From assembly GCA_045863395.1 (NCBI GenBank), contig BTVJ01000005.1, forward strand, positions 32,001 to 96,000: a DNA stretch of 64,000 bases. The letters run 5' to 3'. The notes beneath the pieces were generated by a model. The model made no database searches, was not told the origin of the DNA, and saw only the letters and a program-made list of their open reading frames with translations. Made by a program: the position numbers and the translations under genes. The DNA comes from Myxococcales bacterium (GTDB lineage: Bacteria; Myxococcota_A; UBA9042; JABWCM01; BTVJ01). Positions 30,263-41,181 of this stretch are shown one piece after another; the stretch's first letter is position 1; the number at the start of each line of letters is the position of its first letter.

Positions 30263-32782
30263 ATGACCACGAGTACGGCCCAGAAGATAGCGGTCAACAT
30301 CGAAGACGAGATGCGGTCGTCCTACATGGACTACGCGATGAGCGTGATCATCGGACGCGCGCTCCCCGACGTGCGGGACGGCCTGAAGCCCGTCCACCGG
30401 CGGGTCCTCTACGCGATGCACGACCTGCACAACACGTGGAACTCCTCGTACAAGAAGTCCGCACGCATCGTCGGCGACGTCATCGGCAAGTACCACCCCC
30501 ACGGCGACTCCGCCGTCTACGACACCATGGTCCGCATGGCGCAGGACTTCTCCCTGCGCTACCTGCTCGTCGATGGACAGGGGAACTTCGGCTCCGTCGA
30601 CGGGGACCCTGCCGCGGCCATGCGGTACACCGAAGTGCGCATGTCCCGCCTGGCTGGCGAGCTGCTCGCCGATCTGGACAAGGACACCGTCGACTTCCAG
30701 CCCAACTATGACGGGTCGCTCAACGAACCGACCGTGCTCCCGACGCGGGTGCCAAACCTGCTGGTCAATGGCTCGTCGGGCATCGCGGTCGGCATGGCTA
30801 CCAACATGCCGCCCCACAACCTGCGCGAGGTCATCGACGCAACGGTCGCCCTGATCAACGCCCCGGAGCTGACCGTCGACGACCTGATGCACCACATCAA
30901 GGGCCCGGACTTCCCGACGGCCGCCTTCATCTACGGGGTCGACGGCTTCCGCCAGGCCTACCGCACTGGCCGCGGCATCGTGCGTATGAGGGCGCGGGTC
31001 GAGGTCGAGGTCAACGAGAAGGACGGCCGCGAGAAGATCGTGGTCACGGAGCTGCCCTACCAGGTGAACAAGGCGCGCCTGCTGGAGCAGATCGCGGACC
31101 TGGTCAAGGAGAAGCGCATCGAGGGCATCTCCCACCTCCAGGACGAGAGCGACCGCGACGGCATGCGCATCGCAATCGACGTGCGCCGCGACGCCCTCGC
31201 CCAGGTGGTGGTCAATCAGCTCTACGCCATGACCCCCATGCAGTCGTCCTTCGGCATCATCAACCTGGCCATCGTGCACGGGCAGCCGCGGGTCCTGAAC
31301 CTCAAGGAGATCCTCTCCCACTTCATCGACCACCGCAGAGACGTGGTCACGCGCCGCTGCCTCTTCGAGCTGCGGCAGGCGGAGGCGCGAGCCCACATCC
31401 TGCAGGGCTATCTCATCGCGCTGGAGAACATCGACGAGGTCGTGGAGATCATCAAGACCTCGGCCGACACGGAGCAGGCGCGGCTCCGCCTCATGGCGCG
31501 CTTCGGCCTCTCCGAGCGGCAGGCTCAGGCGATCCTGGACCTGCGCCTCAGCCGCCTGACCGGCCTGGAGCGCGAGAAGATCGAGCAGGAGTACCAGGAG
31601 ATCCTCGCCACCATCGCGCGGCTGAAGGCGATCCTGGCCGACGAGCGGTTGCTGCTCGACGTGATCGTCGAGGAGCTCACCGACATCCGCGCGCGCTTCG
31701 GCGATGAGCGCCGCACGCAGATCGTCCCCGACGAGGGCGACATCCGCATGGAGGACCTGATCGCCGAGGAGCCCGTGGTGGTCACGCGCTCCCTGGAGGG
31801 CTACATCAAGCGCACCCCGCTGTCGATCTACGAGTCCCAGCACCGTGGCGGCAAGGGCAAGCGCAGCGCGACCACCAAAGAGGAGGACGTCGTCATCGAC
31901 GTCTTCGTGGCGTCGACCCACGCGGATCTGCTGGTCTTCACCGACAAGGGCCGCGTGTTCCAGCTCAAGGTCTATGAGCTGCCCGAGGGCGGACGCAACT
32001 CGCGCGGCAAGCCGATCATCAACGTCATCGACATCGAGAAGGGAGAGAAGGTGCGCAGCGTGCTCGCGGTCCGCGAGTGGAGCGACGACTCCAACCTGAT
32101 CTTCGCTACCCGTCAGGGCACCGTGAAGAAGACGGCGCTGTCGGCCTACAGCAACGTCCTCACCCGAGGGATCATCGCCATCAAGCTGGCCGACGACGAC
32201 GACCTCGTCTCGGTCAGCCTGGTGACGCAGGACCAGGACGTCCTGCTCGCCTCCAAGGGCGGCCAGTCCATCCGCTTCCCCCAGGACGAGGTGCGGCCCA
32301 TGGGGCGGGACACGCGCGGAGTCCGCGGTCTGGCGCTCCGCGAGGGCGACGAGTGCATCGGCATGGAGGTCCTCGACCCGGGCGCGACGATCCTCACGGT
32401 CTGCGAGCACGGGTACGGCAAGCGCACCCCGACCTCCGAGTATCGCACCCAGGGGCGCGGCGGCATCGGCATCATCACGATGAAGACCGGCGGCCGCAAC
32501 GGCGACGTGGTCGCCATCAAGCAGGTGACCGAGGACGAGGACCTGCTGGTGGTGACGGACACGGGCCAGCTCATCCGCATGCCGGTACGCCAGATCTCCG
32601 TCGTGGGCAGGAACACCATGGGCGTGCGCCTGATCAACCTCGAGGACGACCAGCGCGTCGTCGCCATGGAGACCATCCCCAAGTCGGAGGAGGAAGAGGG
32701 CGACGAGGCCCAGGTCCCCGGCATCGACGACGCTGGTGACGTCACGGACGACGCCCCGGACGGGCCCGAGGAGCAGGAATGA
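30263..32782 (+). CDS. gyrA: DNA gyrase subunit A
   Basis: [26 protein letters not shown], GyrA box QHRGGKG, acidic tail. Confidence 0.98.
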   Translation: MTTSTAQKIAVNIEDEMRSSYMDYAMSVIIGRALPDVRDGLKPVHRRVLYAMHDLHNTWNSSYKKSARIVGDVIGKYHPHGDSAVYDTMVRMAQDFSLRYLLVDGQGNFGSVDGDPAAAMRYTEVRMSRLAGELLADLDKDTVDFQPNYDGSLNEPTVLPTRVPNLLVNGSSGIAVGMATNMPPHNLREVIDATVALINAPELTVDDLMHHIKGPDFPTAAFIYGVDGFRQAYRTGRGIVRMRARVEVEVNEKDGREKIVVTELPYQVNKARLLEQIADLVKEKRIEGISHLQDESDRDGMRIAIDVRRDALAQVVVNQLYAMTPMQSSFGIINLAIVHGQPRVLNLKEILSHFIDHRRDVVTRRCLFELRQAEARAHILQGYLIALENIDEVVEIIKTSADTEQARLRLMARFGLSERQAQAILDLRLSRLTGLEREKIEQEYQEILATIARLKAILADERLLLDVIVEELTDIRARFGDERRTQIVPDEGDIRMEDLIAEEPVVVTRSLEGYIKRTPLSIYESQHRGGKGKRSATTKEEDVVIDVFVASTHADLLVFTDKGRVFQLKVYELPEGGRNSRGKPIINVIDIEKGEKVRSVLAVREWSDDSNLIFATRQGTVKKTALSAYSNVLTRGIIAIKLADDDDLVSVSLVTQDQDVLLASKGGQSIRFPQDEVRPMGRDTRGVRGLALREGDECIGMEVLDPGATILTVCEHGYGKRTPTSEYRTQGRGGIGIITMKTGGRNGDVVAIKQVTEDEDLLVVTDTGQLIRMPVRQISVVGRNTMGVRLINLEDDQRVVAMETIPKSEEEEGDEAQVPGIDDAGDVTDDAPDGPEEQE

Positions 32783-33981
32783 CGACGACCCCGCCGGTGG
32801 TGCGGCTCAAGAAGCGCAAGGCGCTCCCGGTCTGGGCCGGACACCCCTGGATCTACTCGGGCGCGGTCGCAGGCGTCTCGGGCGAGGCCCCACCCGGCTC
32901 GCTCGTTCTCGTCCAGGACGACGGGGCGACGCCCATCGGCTGGGGGCACCTGAGCCCGAGCGGTCCCATCACGGTGCGCATGTTGTCCCTGGGAGCAGAG
33001 CGCCCCAGTGAGGTGGGGCTGCTCACCGCCCGCATCGACGGCGCCATCGCGCGCCGGAGAGCCGTCGGCCTGCCCACCCCGACGACGGACGCGTTCCGCC
33101 TCGTCCACGGCGAGGGGGATCTCCTCCCCGGGCTCGTCATCGATCACCTTGGAGACGGGGTGGTCATCCAGCTCGGGACGGCCGCGTGGGCGCGCCTGGC
33201 GGACGACGTCGTCCGGTTGCTCCGGGAGCGCCTCAAGCCGGCGTGGGGGGTCGTCCAGGTGTCCCCCGACGCAGCGGCCATCGAGGGTCTGGTCGCGCGC
33301 TCCGAGGTGGCCTTCGGCGACGAGGCGCTTGCCGGGAGCGCCACGGTCTCCGAGGACGGCGTCCGCATCGCAATCGACGTGCTGGGAGGCCAGAAGACCG
33401 GCTTCTATGCCGACCAGCGGGAGACCCGTCGCCGCGTCGCCGAGCTTGCGGGTGGACGCCACGTGCTGGACGCGTTCTGCCACAGTGGGGGCTTCGGCCT
33501 GCACGCCCTCGCTCGCGGGTCTGCTGCCTCGGTGACCTTCGTCGACACCTCCCCGCGGGCCATCGCGCTGGTGGAGCGAGGCCTGGCGCTCAACGGTCTG
33601 AGCGCGGAGGCGGTCACCGCGGACGCCATGACCTACCTGAAGGACGCTGCGGCGGCGCCCCGCCACGACCTGATCGTCCTCGACCCGCCCAAGCTCGCCC
33701 GGAGCCGCGCCCACCTCGACGACGCCCTCCGCAAGTACCAGAGAATCAACGAGGCCGCTCTGTCCGCGTTGGCGCGAGACGGCCTGCTTGTGACCTGCTC
33801 CTGCTCGGGCCACGTGGGCATGGAGGAGCTCCTGCGAGTGCTGTCGGCCGCCGCGTTCTCGACGCGGAAGCACGTCCACGTGATCGAGGAGCGCGGGCAG
33901 GCGCCGGATCACCCGTTCCTGGCAGCGTGCCCCGAGGGGCGCTACCTCAAGTGCGTCATCGCGCACGTCACCGATCGGTAG
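32779..33981 (+). CDS. RlmI-like SAM-dependent rRNA methyltransferase
   Basis: PUA domain (GHPWIY), [28 protein letters not shown] and CSCS motifs. Confidence 0.9.
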   Translation: MTTTPPVVRLKKRKALPVWAGHPWIYSGAVAGVSGEAPPGSLVLVQDDGATPIGWGHLSPSGPITVRMLSLGAERPSEVGLLTARIDGAIARRRAVGLPTPTTDAFRLVHGEGDLLPGLVIDHLGDGVVIQLGTAAWARLADDVVRLLRERLKPAWGVVQVSPDAAAIEGLVARSEVAFGDEALAGSATVSEDGVRIAIDVLGGQKTGFYADQRETRRRVAELAGGRHVLDAFCHSGGFGLHALARGSAASVTFVDTSPRAIALVERGLALNGLSAEAVTADAMTYLKDAAAAPRHDLIVLDPPKLARSRAHLDDALRKYQRINEAALSALARDGLLVTCSCSGHVGMEELLRVLSAAAFSTRKHVHVIEERGQAPDHPFLAACPEGRYLKCVIAHVTDR

Positions 33982-33991
33982 GAGGACCCGA

Positions 33992-34390
33992 ATGGCAGTC
34001 CCAGAGCACGTCCGCGACCTGCTCCGTTCTCCGGCGCGCATTGCGCTCGTCGGCGCGAGCAGCGCCCCGGAGAAGTACGGAAACATCATCTTCAAGGATC
34101 TGGCTGGTCGGGGTCACGCCGTGCTGCCCGTCAACCCCTCTGCATCCATGATCGAGGGGCAGCCCGCCTATGCGTCGGTCGCCGATGTGCCCCGACCCAT
34201 CGACATCGTCAACGTCGTCGTCCCGCCCAGAGCCTCCCTCGCCCTGGCGCGCTCTCTCGATCCCGGTATCTGCGGGGTGATCTGGTTCCAGCCGGGCTCC
34301 TTCGACGACCAGGTCGTGCAGGAGGCGACCGCCCGCTTCGAGACGGTGATCGCCGGCGACTGCATCATGGTGGTCGCGCGGACGCTGTAG
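33992..34390 (+). CDS. CoA-binding domain protein (YccU-like)
   Basis: IALVGAS, PVNP, IDIV, WFQPG and CIMV motifs. Confidence 0.9.
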   Translation: MAVPEHVRDLLRSPARIALVGASSAPEKYGNIIFKDLAGRGHAVLPVNPSASMIEGQPAYASVADVPRPIDIVNVVVPPRASLALARSLDPGICGVIWFQPGSFDDQVVQEATARFETVIAGDCIMVVARTL

Positions 34391-34398
34391 GGCGCCGT

Positions 34399-36906
34399 TC
34401 AGTCCGGGACGACAGCGCCCTCGACCTCGGCTTCGGGCACGTCTCCGACCTCGTCGACGGGGCTGGCCCCGGCTCCGACCCGGATGGGCACCGCCTTCAG
34501 CAGGATGAAGTACTCGTTCTCGTCATAGATGCGGGTCACGTCGTACCGCTGGATGTCCTTGAACCCAGACTCACCGCGCAGCTTCTTGAGATAGGTGCCG
34601 TTCAACTTGGAGGCCCACGCGGCGTCCTTTCCACGCTCCATGAGCACATAGAAAGGCCGCCCCTTGTTGAAGTCCTTCAGGTAGGGCTCAAACTGGGTCG
34701 CCTCCTTGTTGACCGGGCGGATCTCGTTGTTGGAGTAGTACGTCTCGCCGCGCCACGTGATCAGCCACGACACGATGTCCTCGTCGCACACGCGCTTGGG
34801 CTGCGCCCCGAGGTAGGTGGACACCGCCCCCAGCCCCACACTCGCAACCACCGGCGTGAACGCCTGCTCGATGGGCTCGGGCTGCGCGACCGGTGTGCAG
34901 TCGGCGTAGTAGGCTTCGAACAGGTACTTCTGTGACCAATGGGTCGACAGCATCGGCATGTAGTGATTCAGCACGTAGACCGTGAGGAGACCGGAGACTC
35001 CGCCGAGCCCCCACAAACCAATCCGTCGTGTCCGCCGGCCGAGCAGCAGCAGGGTGAATGCGACGGCCCCCCCCCCCATCCAGAGGATGACCCGGTCATA
35101 GCGCAGCGAACCCATGTTGAGCAGGTTGAGGACCAGTGGGTTCGTGTGCGCATAGAACACGGAGTCGGCCCAGATGGTGCTGGCCCCCTTGGCGACGACC
35201 CCATTGGCGTCGGTGGGCATGATGGGCGGGAGCGGCCGGTCGTACTTGTAGGTGAACAGGTTTCGCAGGTGCTGAGTGTCCCCATGCAGATCCCAGGTGA
35301 TCGCCGCCAGCAGCCCGACGGCCACGATGACGACGAGTCGCCGAGCGACGGCGCGGTCCTCCAGGAGGTCGAAGAGATAGAGCGCGACGAGGATCGCCAG
35401 CGGAGGCAGTGCGGGGAAGATGTAGTGGTGGAACTTGGTGCTGGACAGGGTGAACAGAGTGAAGGACAGGAAGAACCACAGGAAGAGGAACAGCTTGAGC
35501 AGCACCTCTGGCGAGGCGTCCCGGACGCGGAACCGGGCGAAGGCCGCAAAGGCAAACGGGACGAACGCGACCCAGGGGAACATGCCGAAGCCCAGCCACT
35601 TGATGAAGTGCTCGAAGGTCCCCGTGTCGATCTGATGGACGCCCGCGCCGATGCGGTTGAAGTGATCGTGTATGAAGAACCGCGTGTAGTATGGCATCCC
35701 GAACTTGGCGAACATGGCGGCGTACCAAGGCACCGCGATCACCGCAAACAGCGCGATTCCCCGCAGGAGCTCAAGGCGCTTGAGGGAGCGCCACGTCCCG
35801 GTCACGAGCACGAAGAAGAAGATCACCGCGCCAGGCAGCATGAACCCGAGGAGGCCCTTCGCCAACGTCGAGTGGGCGACCAGGGCATAGAAGCACCAGA
35901 GCCACAGGCGGCGAGACCAGAGATCCTTGGTCTCGTCGCTCCAGGTCCGCGTCCGGCGCCACTCGCGAACGAGGGGCACGGCCATCGACAGGAGCACGGC
36001 CAACAGGATCGCCGACCACGCCACGACGTGCCAGACTCCGTTACCCTGGACCGTGAGCCAGATCCGGTTGAAGCCCGGCACACGGGAGACATCGAGCTGT
36101 GACTTCAGGTCCGTGGCGATCAGGCCAAACTGGGGCAAAGTCGACAGCAGGATGAACCCGACCACCAAGCCTATCCTTGTGAGGAACCGTCGATTGCTCA
36201 GCTCCTCTCGCCCACTGAAGACGGCGAGCAAGAAGAAGCAGATCCCCATGGTCATGGTGGCGACATAGGGCATGTCCGTCTGGGCCTGGCGGGCCAGGAA
36301 GAAGAACTGCGGGCTCGTCCCCATGACCAGCGCGGCCAGGAACCCGATCCGTCGGCCGTAGAGGCGCGAGAACACGACGAAGACGACCAAGGCCGTGGCC
36401 AGCGCCAACAGCGCAAATGGAAGTCGTATGGCCCACTCGGAGAGCCCGATGAGCTTCACGAACACGGCCTCGGACCAGAAGATGAACACGGGCTTGCTGA
36501 AGAACGGGCTGCCCTCCTGCGCCTCGGTCCCGATCTTCTGCTTGAAGCCCCACCACGGGGCCACCCAGTCGTAGGACTCCACCATGCTGCGGGTGACCTC
36601 ACCGTAGTGGGTCTCCCAGGGGTCCCAGAGCCCGAACGCCCCCGCGTTTGGCAGGTAGAGCGCCGCGAACACGCCGGCAACGAGCAGGAAGATCGCGGTC
36701 GACCGGCGCGCTCGTGGGCGCAGCGGGATGTCGTCCAGGTGCTCCGTGAGGATGGGCAAAGGACGGCCGGGTGCCCCCCCAATGCCGTTGCGCTCGCTAG
36801 GAGTCTGTGCATCTGCTCCGGACGGCTCCAGCCGAAGCCCCACGGGCTCGGCCGACGATGCCTCAGACTCCGTCCCGCCGGCAGGGCGGCGTGCCGGCTC
36901 CGTCAT
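34399..36906 (-). CDS. Glycosyltransferase family 39 (ArnT-like)
   Basis: LWDPWETHYGEV, FFSKP, EWAIRLP, LAKG, VPWY and KFHHYIFP motifs; many TMs. Confidence 0.88.
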   Translation of the reverse strand: MTEPARRPAGGTESEASSAEPVGLRLEPSGADAQTPSERNGIGGAPGRPLPILTEHLDDIPLRPRARRSTAIFLLVAGVFAALYLPNAGAFGLWDPWETHYGEVTRSMVESYDWVAPWWGFKQKIGTEAQEGSPFFSKPVFIFWSEAVFVKLIGLSEWAIRLPFALLALATALVVFVVFSRLYGRRIGFLAALVMGTSPQFFFLARQAQTDMPYVATMTMGICFFLLAVFSGREELSNRRFLTRIGLVVGFILLSTLPQFGLIATDLKSQLDVSRVPGFNRIWLTVQGNGVWHVVAWSAILLAVLLSMAVPLVREWRRTRTWSDETKDLWSRRLWLWCFYALVAHSTLAKGLLGFMLPGAVIFFFVLVTGTWRSLKRLELLRGIALFAVIAVPWYAAMFAKFGMPYYTRFFIHDHFNRIGAGVHQIDTGTFEHFIKWLGFGMFPWVAFVPFAFAAFARFRVRDASPEVLLKLFLFLWFFLSFTLFTLSSTKFHHYIFPALPPLAILVALYLFDLLEDRAVARRLVVIVAVGLLAAITWDLHGDTQHLRNLFTYKYDRPLPPIMPTDANGVVAKGASTIWADSVFYAHTNPLVLNLLNMGSLRYDRVILWMGGGAVAFTLLLLGRRTRRIGLWGLGGVSGLLTVYVLNHYMPMLSTHWSQKYLFEAYYADCTPVAQPEPIEQAFTPVVASVGLGAVSTYLGAQPKRVCDEDIVSWLITWRGETYYSNNEIRPVNKEATQFEPYLKDFNKGRPFYVLMERGKDAAWASKLNGTYLKKLRGESGFKDIQRYDVTRIYDENEYFILLKAVPIRVGAGASPVDEVGDVPEAEVEGAVVPD

Positions 36907-36952
36907 GGGTTCACCTCGGATCAACTGGGGTCGTGTCACAAGCGGGAGAGCG

Positions 36953-37732
36953 TCACTCCTCGTCTTCGATGGACCGCAGATCGGTCTCATCCAGGCGCTT
37001 CTTCAGCCTCAGGTTGAGCGTCTTCATCGCCTGGCTGTGGAGCTGCGAGACGCGGCTCTCGGTGACGTCGAGCACCTTGCCGATCTCTTTGAGGTTCATG
37101 TCGTCGAAGTAGTACAGCGAGATGACGATGCGCTGCTTCTCGGGGAGCTTCTCGATGATCTCCGTCAGGATGCGTCGCACCATCACGAAGTACGTGTGCG
37201 CCTGTGGGTTGACGGCTCGGGGGTCCTTGATGAAGTCATCGAAGCTGCGCTTCTCGCCGTCCGACCCCGTCCCCAGGTCCTCGAAGCTGACGACCAGCAC
37301 CGGCTTGAGGCGGTTGAGGAGCTCGCGATAGCCCTCCGCGTCGAGGCCCATGACGTCCGCCATCTCCTCATCGGAGGGCGCCCGGCCGAGCTTCTGCTTC
37401 ATGGACTTCTCGATGGAGTCGAGCTTGCTGGACTGGCGGCGCACGGACCGGGAGACCCAGTCGAGGCTCCTCAGCTCGTCGAGGATCGCTCCCCGAATGC
37501 GTATCTCTGCGTATCGCTTGAAGTTGTCGCTCTTGGTCGCATCGTACTTGTCGATGGCATCGAGCAAGCCGATGATCCCGGCGCTGATCAGATCATCGAG
37601 CTCGACGCTCGGCGGCAGCCGCTGGGCGATCTTGCTTGCGACGAACCTGACGACGGGCGCATACCGCCCCACCAGCTCATTTCGCGACGTGACCTCTGCG
37701 TCCTGACTCATCAGCGCGTTCGCAGCCGGCAT
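36953..37732 (-). CDS. FliA/WhiG-family (sigma-28) RNA polymerase sigma factor
   Basis: LDDLISAGIIGLLDAIDKYD, RIRGAILDELRSLDW and LKEIGKVLDVTESRVSQLH motifs. Confidence 0.95.
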   Translation of the reverse strand: MPAANALMSQDAEVTSRNELVGRYAPVVRFVASKIAQRLPPSVELDDLISAGIIGLLDAIDKYDATKSDNFKRYAEIRIRGAILDELRSLDWVSRSVRRQSSKLDSIEKSMKQKLGRAPSDEEMADVMGLDAEGYRELLNRLKPVLVVSFEDLGTGSDGEKRSFDDFIKDPRAVNPQAHTYFVMVRRILTEIIEKLPEKQRIVISLYYFDDMNLKEIGKVLDVTESRVSQLHSQAMKTLNLRLKKRLDETDLRSIEDEE

Positions 37733-37820
37733 GAGTTCACCCTGTGAAGTGCGCGGTCTGCTCTGCCGAGCAGCACGGACCACCCACGCACCCCGACCAA
37801 TCCCACCGCTTCGCCGAGCG

Positions 37821-37849
37821 ATTCTAGGGCGCCACCCCGGGGGTGTCAA
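37821..37849 (-). promoter_or_regulatory. Sigma70 promoter of the sigma-28 gene
   Basis: TTGACA-17 nt-TAGAAT. Confidence 0.8.
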
Positions 37850-37894
37850 ACCGGCGCCCACCCCCGACACCACCAGTGACCTGTCGGCGCTCCG

Positions 37895-39202
37895 TCAAGC
37901 CGTCGGCCTGCCGATGCAGTAGTACTCGAACCCGAGCTCCCGCATCTTCCGTGGGGAGTAGATGTTGCGCCCATCGAACACCACGGGCTCCCTCAGCAGG
38001 CCTCTGATTCGCTCGAAGTCGGGCGTTCGGAACTCGGCCCACTCGGTGACCAGCACCAGCGCGTCGGCCCCCTCGAGGGCCCGGTAGCCGCTCTCTGCCA
38101 TGGAGACCTGGTCACCAAGGATGCCTGCGGCTGCCTCCTGCGCAACGGGATCGAAGGCGACGACCCGGGCCCCCCGTTCGCGAAGCCCCCGGATGATCGT
38201 CAGCGAAGGCGCCTCTCGCATGTCGTCCGTGTTCGGCTTGAAGGCGAGTCCCCAGAGCGCGAAGGTCCGCCCAGAGAGGTCGTCCCCGTACCGGGCCACA
38301 ATCTTCCGCACGAGCAGCGACTTCTGCCTGTCGTTGACGTCCTCCACGGCGCGGAGCAGCGGGAGCTCCAGCCCGATCTCTGCGCCGAGGCCGATGAGGG
38401 CCTTGATGTCCTTCGGGAAGCACGATCCGCCATAGCCGACCCCAGGGAACAGGAACATGCGCCCGATGCGCGGATCGGACCCCATCCCCCGGCGCACGGC
38501 GGCCACGTCGGCCCCGACCTTCTCGGCGACCGCGGCGATCTCGTTCATGAAGGAGATGCGGGTCGCGAGCATGGCGTTGGAGGCATACTTGGCGAGCTCG
38601 GCGCTGGCGATGTCCATGAAGAGGACCGGGTTCTCAGTGCGCACGAAGGGCTCGTAGAGCTCCGCCAGGGCCTGCCGCACCCACTCGTCCTCCGCGCCGA
38701 TGATCACCCGGTCAGGCCGCAGGAAGTCCTCGATGGCGGCGCCCTCCTTCAAGAACTCAGGGTTCGACGCCATCGCGAACTTCTGGGTCGTGTGTGCAGC
38801 GATCACCGCGCGGACACGCTGAGAGGTGCCAATGGGGACCGTGCTCTTGATGACCACGATGGTGGGCGCCACCATGGCGCGGCCGATGTCCTCTGCGGCC
38901 GCCATCACGTAGGACAGATCCGCCGTCCCGTCCGCAGCGGGGGGGGTGCCGACGGCCAGGAACACGATGGTGGAGCGGGACACGGCGGCCTTGAGGTCCG
39001 TCGTGAACTCGATGCGCCCCTCCCGCTGCGTCCGCTCGACAATCTCGCTGAGCCCCGGCTCGAAGATCGGGATCACGCCACGCTTGAGCCCCTCGACCTT
39101 CGCCTCGTCCACATCCACACAGACGACGTGGTTTCCGGTCTCCGCGAAGCAGGCGCCTGCAACGAGGCCCACGTAGCCAGTACCGACGACAGCGAGCTTC
39201 AT
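37895..39202 (-). CDS. ugd: UDP-glucose 6-dehydrogenase
   Basis: GTGYVG, KSTVP, NPEFLKEG, GYGGSCFPKD and FKPNTDDMRE motifs. Confidence 0.96.
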   Translation of the reverse strand: MKLAVVGTGYVGLVAGACFAETGNHVVCVDVDEAKVEGLKRGVIPIFEPGLSEIVERTQREGRIEFTTDLKAAVSRSTIVFLAVGTPPAADGTADLSYVMAAAEDIGRAMVAPTIVVIKSTVPIGTSQRVRAVIAAHTTQKFAMASNPEFLKEGAAIEDFLRPDRVIIGAEDEWVRQALAELYEPFVRTENPVLFMDIASAELAKYASNAMLATRISFMNEIAAVAEKVGADVAAVRRGMGSDPRIGRMFLFPGVGYGGSCFPKDIKALIGLGAEIGLELPLLRAVEDVNDRQKSLLVRKIVARYGDDLSGRTFALWGLAFKPNTDDMREAPSLTIIRGLRERGARVVAFDPVAQEAAAGILGDQVSMAESGYRALEGADALVLVTEWAEFRTPDFERIRGLLREPVVFDGRNIYSPRKMRELGFEYYCIGRPTA

Positions 39203-39286
39203 CCTGAACCCTCCGTTGCTCGGATCCCCGGGCACCTGCACGCCAGCGGGGCACACTGACCCCTGATGGCCACGCGGGACGCTCGG

Positions 39287-40963
39287 CTACTTGCAGATCG
39301 CCAGGATGGACTTCGGAGTGGCCCTCAGCTCCGCATCGGAACAGTCGGGCTTCTTGCACCGGAACGCGCTCGGCCCCGTGGCCAGGTGGAGCTGCTCCCA
39401 AGGAGCCCCGGCGGCGACGCCGATGAGGACCGCGTCCCGCTGCTCGCCGACCCAGTCGCTGACCTTCTTGGCGTCCGCCTCCGCCACCGGCAGGTCCAGG
39501 CTCAGCGCGTCGATGGCGCCCGTCTCGGGATTGATGGCACCTCCCGTGACCCGATCATTGGAGATCAGAAGGGCCGCCGTGGGCGCGGGCACCTCCGCCG
39601 AGGGCTCCCCCGAGTAGCCGAAGGGCGCGCACGCCACGGCTCCCGCAGGGAATCCGACGTTCATCTCTGGAGCGCCCTTCGTGAGCAGCACGGGGACCGA
39701 GGCCCGCACGTTGGTCCCGTCGAAGCGACGGCGCCCCACCAGATAGACGACCTGGTTGAGCGTGTTCTCCTCGGCTTCGACGGGCGCTGTCGCCAGCGCA
39801 ACCACCGCCCCAGCAGGCACTCCCTTCGCTGCAAGAACGAAGACTTCGCCGCTCTTCAGGTCGGGCGCGCCGGCCGCACGGACGTCGTTCAGCTTCTTGA
39901 TGAGATCCGGACGGATCTGCTGGGCGGCGGCGAGCGACAAGGTGTAGCCTTCGGCCTCGTCCTGCTGCAGCCACTCATCCGCGAAGCGGAGGCCCCGCGG
40001 CCCGATCTCGATGGCCAGGCGCAGCGGAGCCGGAGTAGCAGCCATGGTGTCTGGCAGCACCGGGTACTCCTCGAACTCCTTGGCCAGGCTCGCCTTCTGC
40101 TCCTGGAACATCCCGGTGAGGTAATCGACCACCGCGATGTAGGGCGACTCGGGATTGACCTCCTTCAACCGCGCGAGCTTGCGAGAGAGCAGCTCGAAGT
40201 ACGGCGCCATGATGGCGATGTGCCTGAACTCGAAGGGGATGTCCTTGCAGAAACCTTGCAGCTCCTTGGCCAGCCCCTCATCACCGCCCGACATCTTCGC
40301 GACGTACTCCGGGTTGTTCAGCTCGTCGCAGAGGCGCGCCACGTAGAACACGAAGGCCTCGCCGTCCTTGGTCGGGATGTCGAACACGAACTGCCAGTAA
40401 CGGAACATGGCCGTCGGCTGGTTCTCGGCGCTCACGTTCCGAAGGTCGAAGAGACCCTTGGCGTGCAGGAGCACCTCGTCGAGCTGGATGTCGTCGTTGA
40501 ACTTGCCGCCGGGATTGGCCGCGCCATAGCCCTTGAGGAACTGGTAGTACTCCTGCAGCGCGTAGGAGTAGTCGCTCGGCGTCATGGTCGCGAAGTCCTG
40601 GGACCAGAACTTCTTCTGGTTCTCCAGGAAGGTGGCCAGGGTGCGCAGATCCTTCTGCAGATCGCGTCCCGGGTACTTGGGCTCCATGTCGCGCAGCTTC
40701 GCATCGTAGCCCAGGCCAGCGATGTCCTTCCGCCACGTGATCAGAGGGTGCTGCCCCTCGCCGCCCCACGACGCGAGGTCCTTGGGGAGCGTGTCCTTCG
40801 CGGTCGCGTTCCGCTCCTGGAGCATCCCCTCCACCGTCTTGCGCCCCTGGTCGGCGCGCGCCTGCAGCTTCTGCTCGAGGCTCTCCTTGACGCGCGTCTC
40901 GCAACCAGTGAGGGCGACCACAACGAGAGCGCCCAGCAGAGCGGCGCGGAGTCCACGAATCAT
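39287..40963 (-). CDS. Large uncharacterised lipoprotein
   Basis: AGGAGGAG RBS, lipobox LTGC, helical N-terminal half, alpha/beta C-terminal half. Confidence 0.85.
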   Translation of the reverse strand: MIRGLRAALLGALVVVALTGCETRVKESLEQKLQARADQGRKTVEGMLQERNATAKDTLPKDLASWGGEGQHPLITWRKDIAGLGYDAKLRDMEPKYPGRDLQKDLRTLATFLENQKKFWSQDFATMTPSDYSYALQEYYQFLKGYGAANPGGKFNDDIQLDEVLLHAKGLFDLRNVSAENQPTAMFRYWQFVFDIPTKDGEAFVFYVARLCDELNNPEYVAKMSGGDEGLAKELQGFCKDIPFEFRHIAIMAPYFELLSRKLARLKEVNPESPYIAVVDYLTGMFQEQKASLAKEFEEYPVLPDTMAATPAPLRLAIEIGPRGLRFADEWLQQDEAEGYTLSLAAAQQIRPDLIKKLNDVRAAGAPDLKSGEVFVLAAKGVPAGAVVALATAPVEAEENTLNQVVYLVGRRRFDGTNVRASVPVLLTKGAPEMNVGFPAGAVACAPFGYSGEPSAEVPAPTAALLISNDRVTGGAINPETGAIDALSLDLPVAEADAKKVSDWVGEQRDAVLIGVAAGAPWEQLHLATGPSAFRCKKPDCSDAELRATPKSILAICK

Positions 40964-41023
40964 CTATCTCCTCCTGGGTCGGCGGACCGCGGACGGACGG
41001 TCCCCGTGCGGTTCCGAGGGCGC

Positions 41024-41053
41024 ATCATAGTTGTAAGGGCGCCGGGACGTCAA
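41024..41053 (-). promoter_or_regulatory. Sigma70 promoter of the lipoprotein gene
   Basis: TTGACG-18 nt-TATGAT. Confidence 0.65.
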
Positions 41054-41181
41054 CGACTGTGACGCCCCTCGGAGCAATATGATCTGGCCGGCACCTGCGG
41101 CAGGTCCCCCGAGCAACGCAACCGAGATTCCGCCATTGATTCGGCCAGATGGAGGGCGCTGCCGCCGAGCTGCCCACCACA

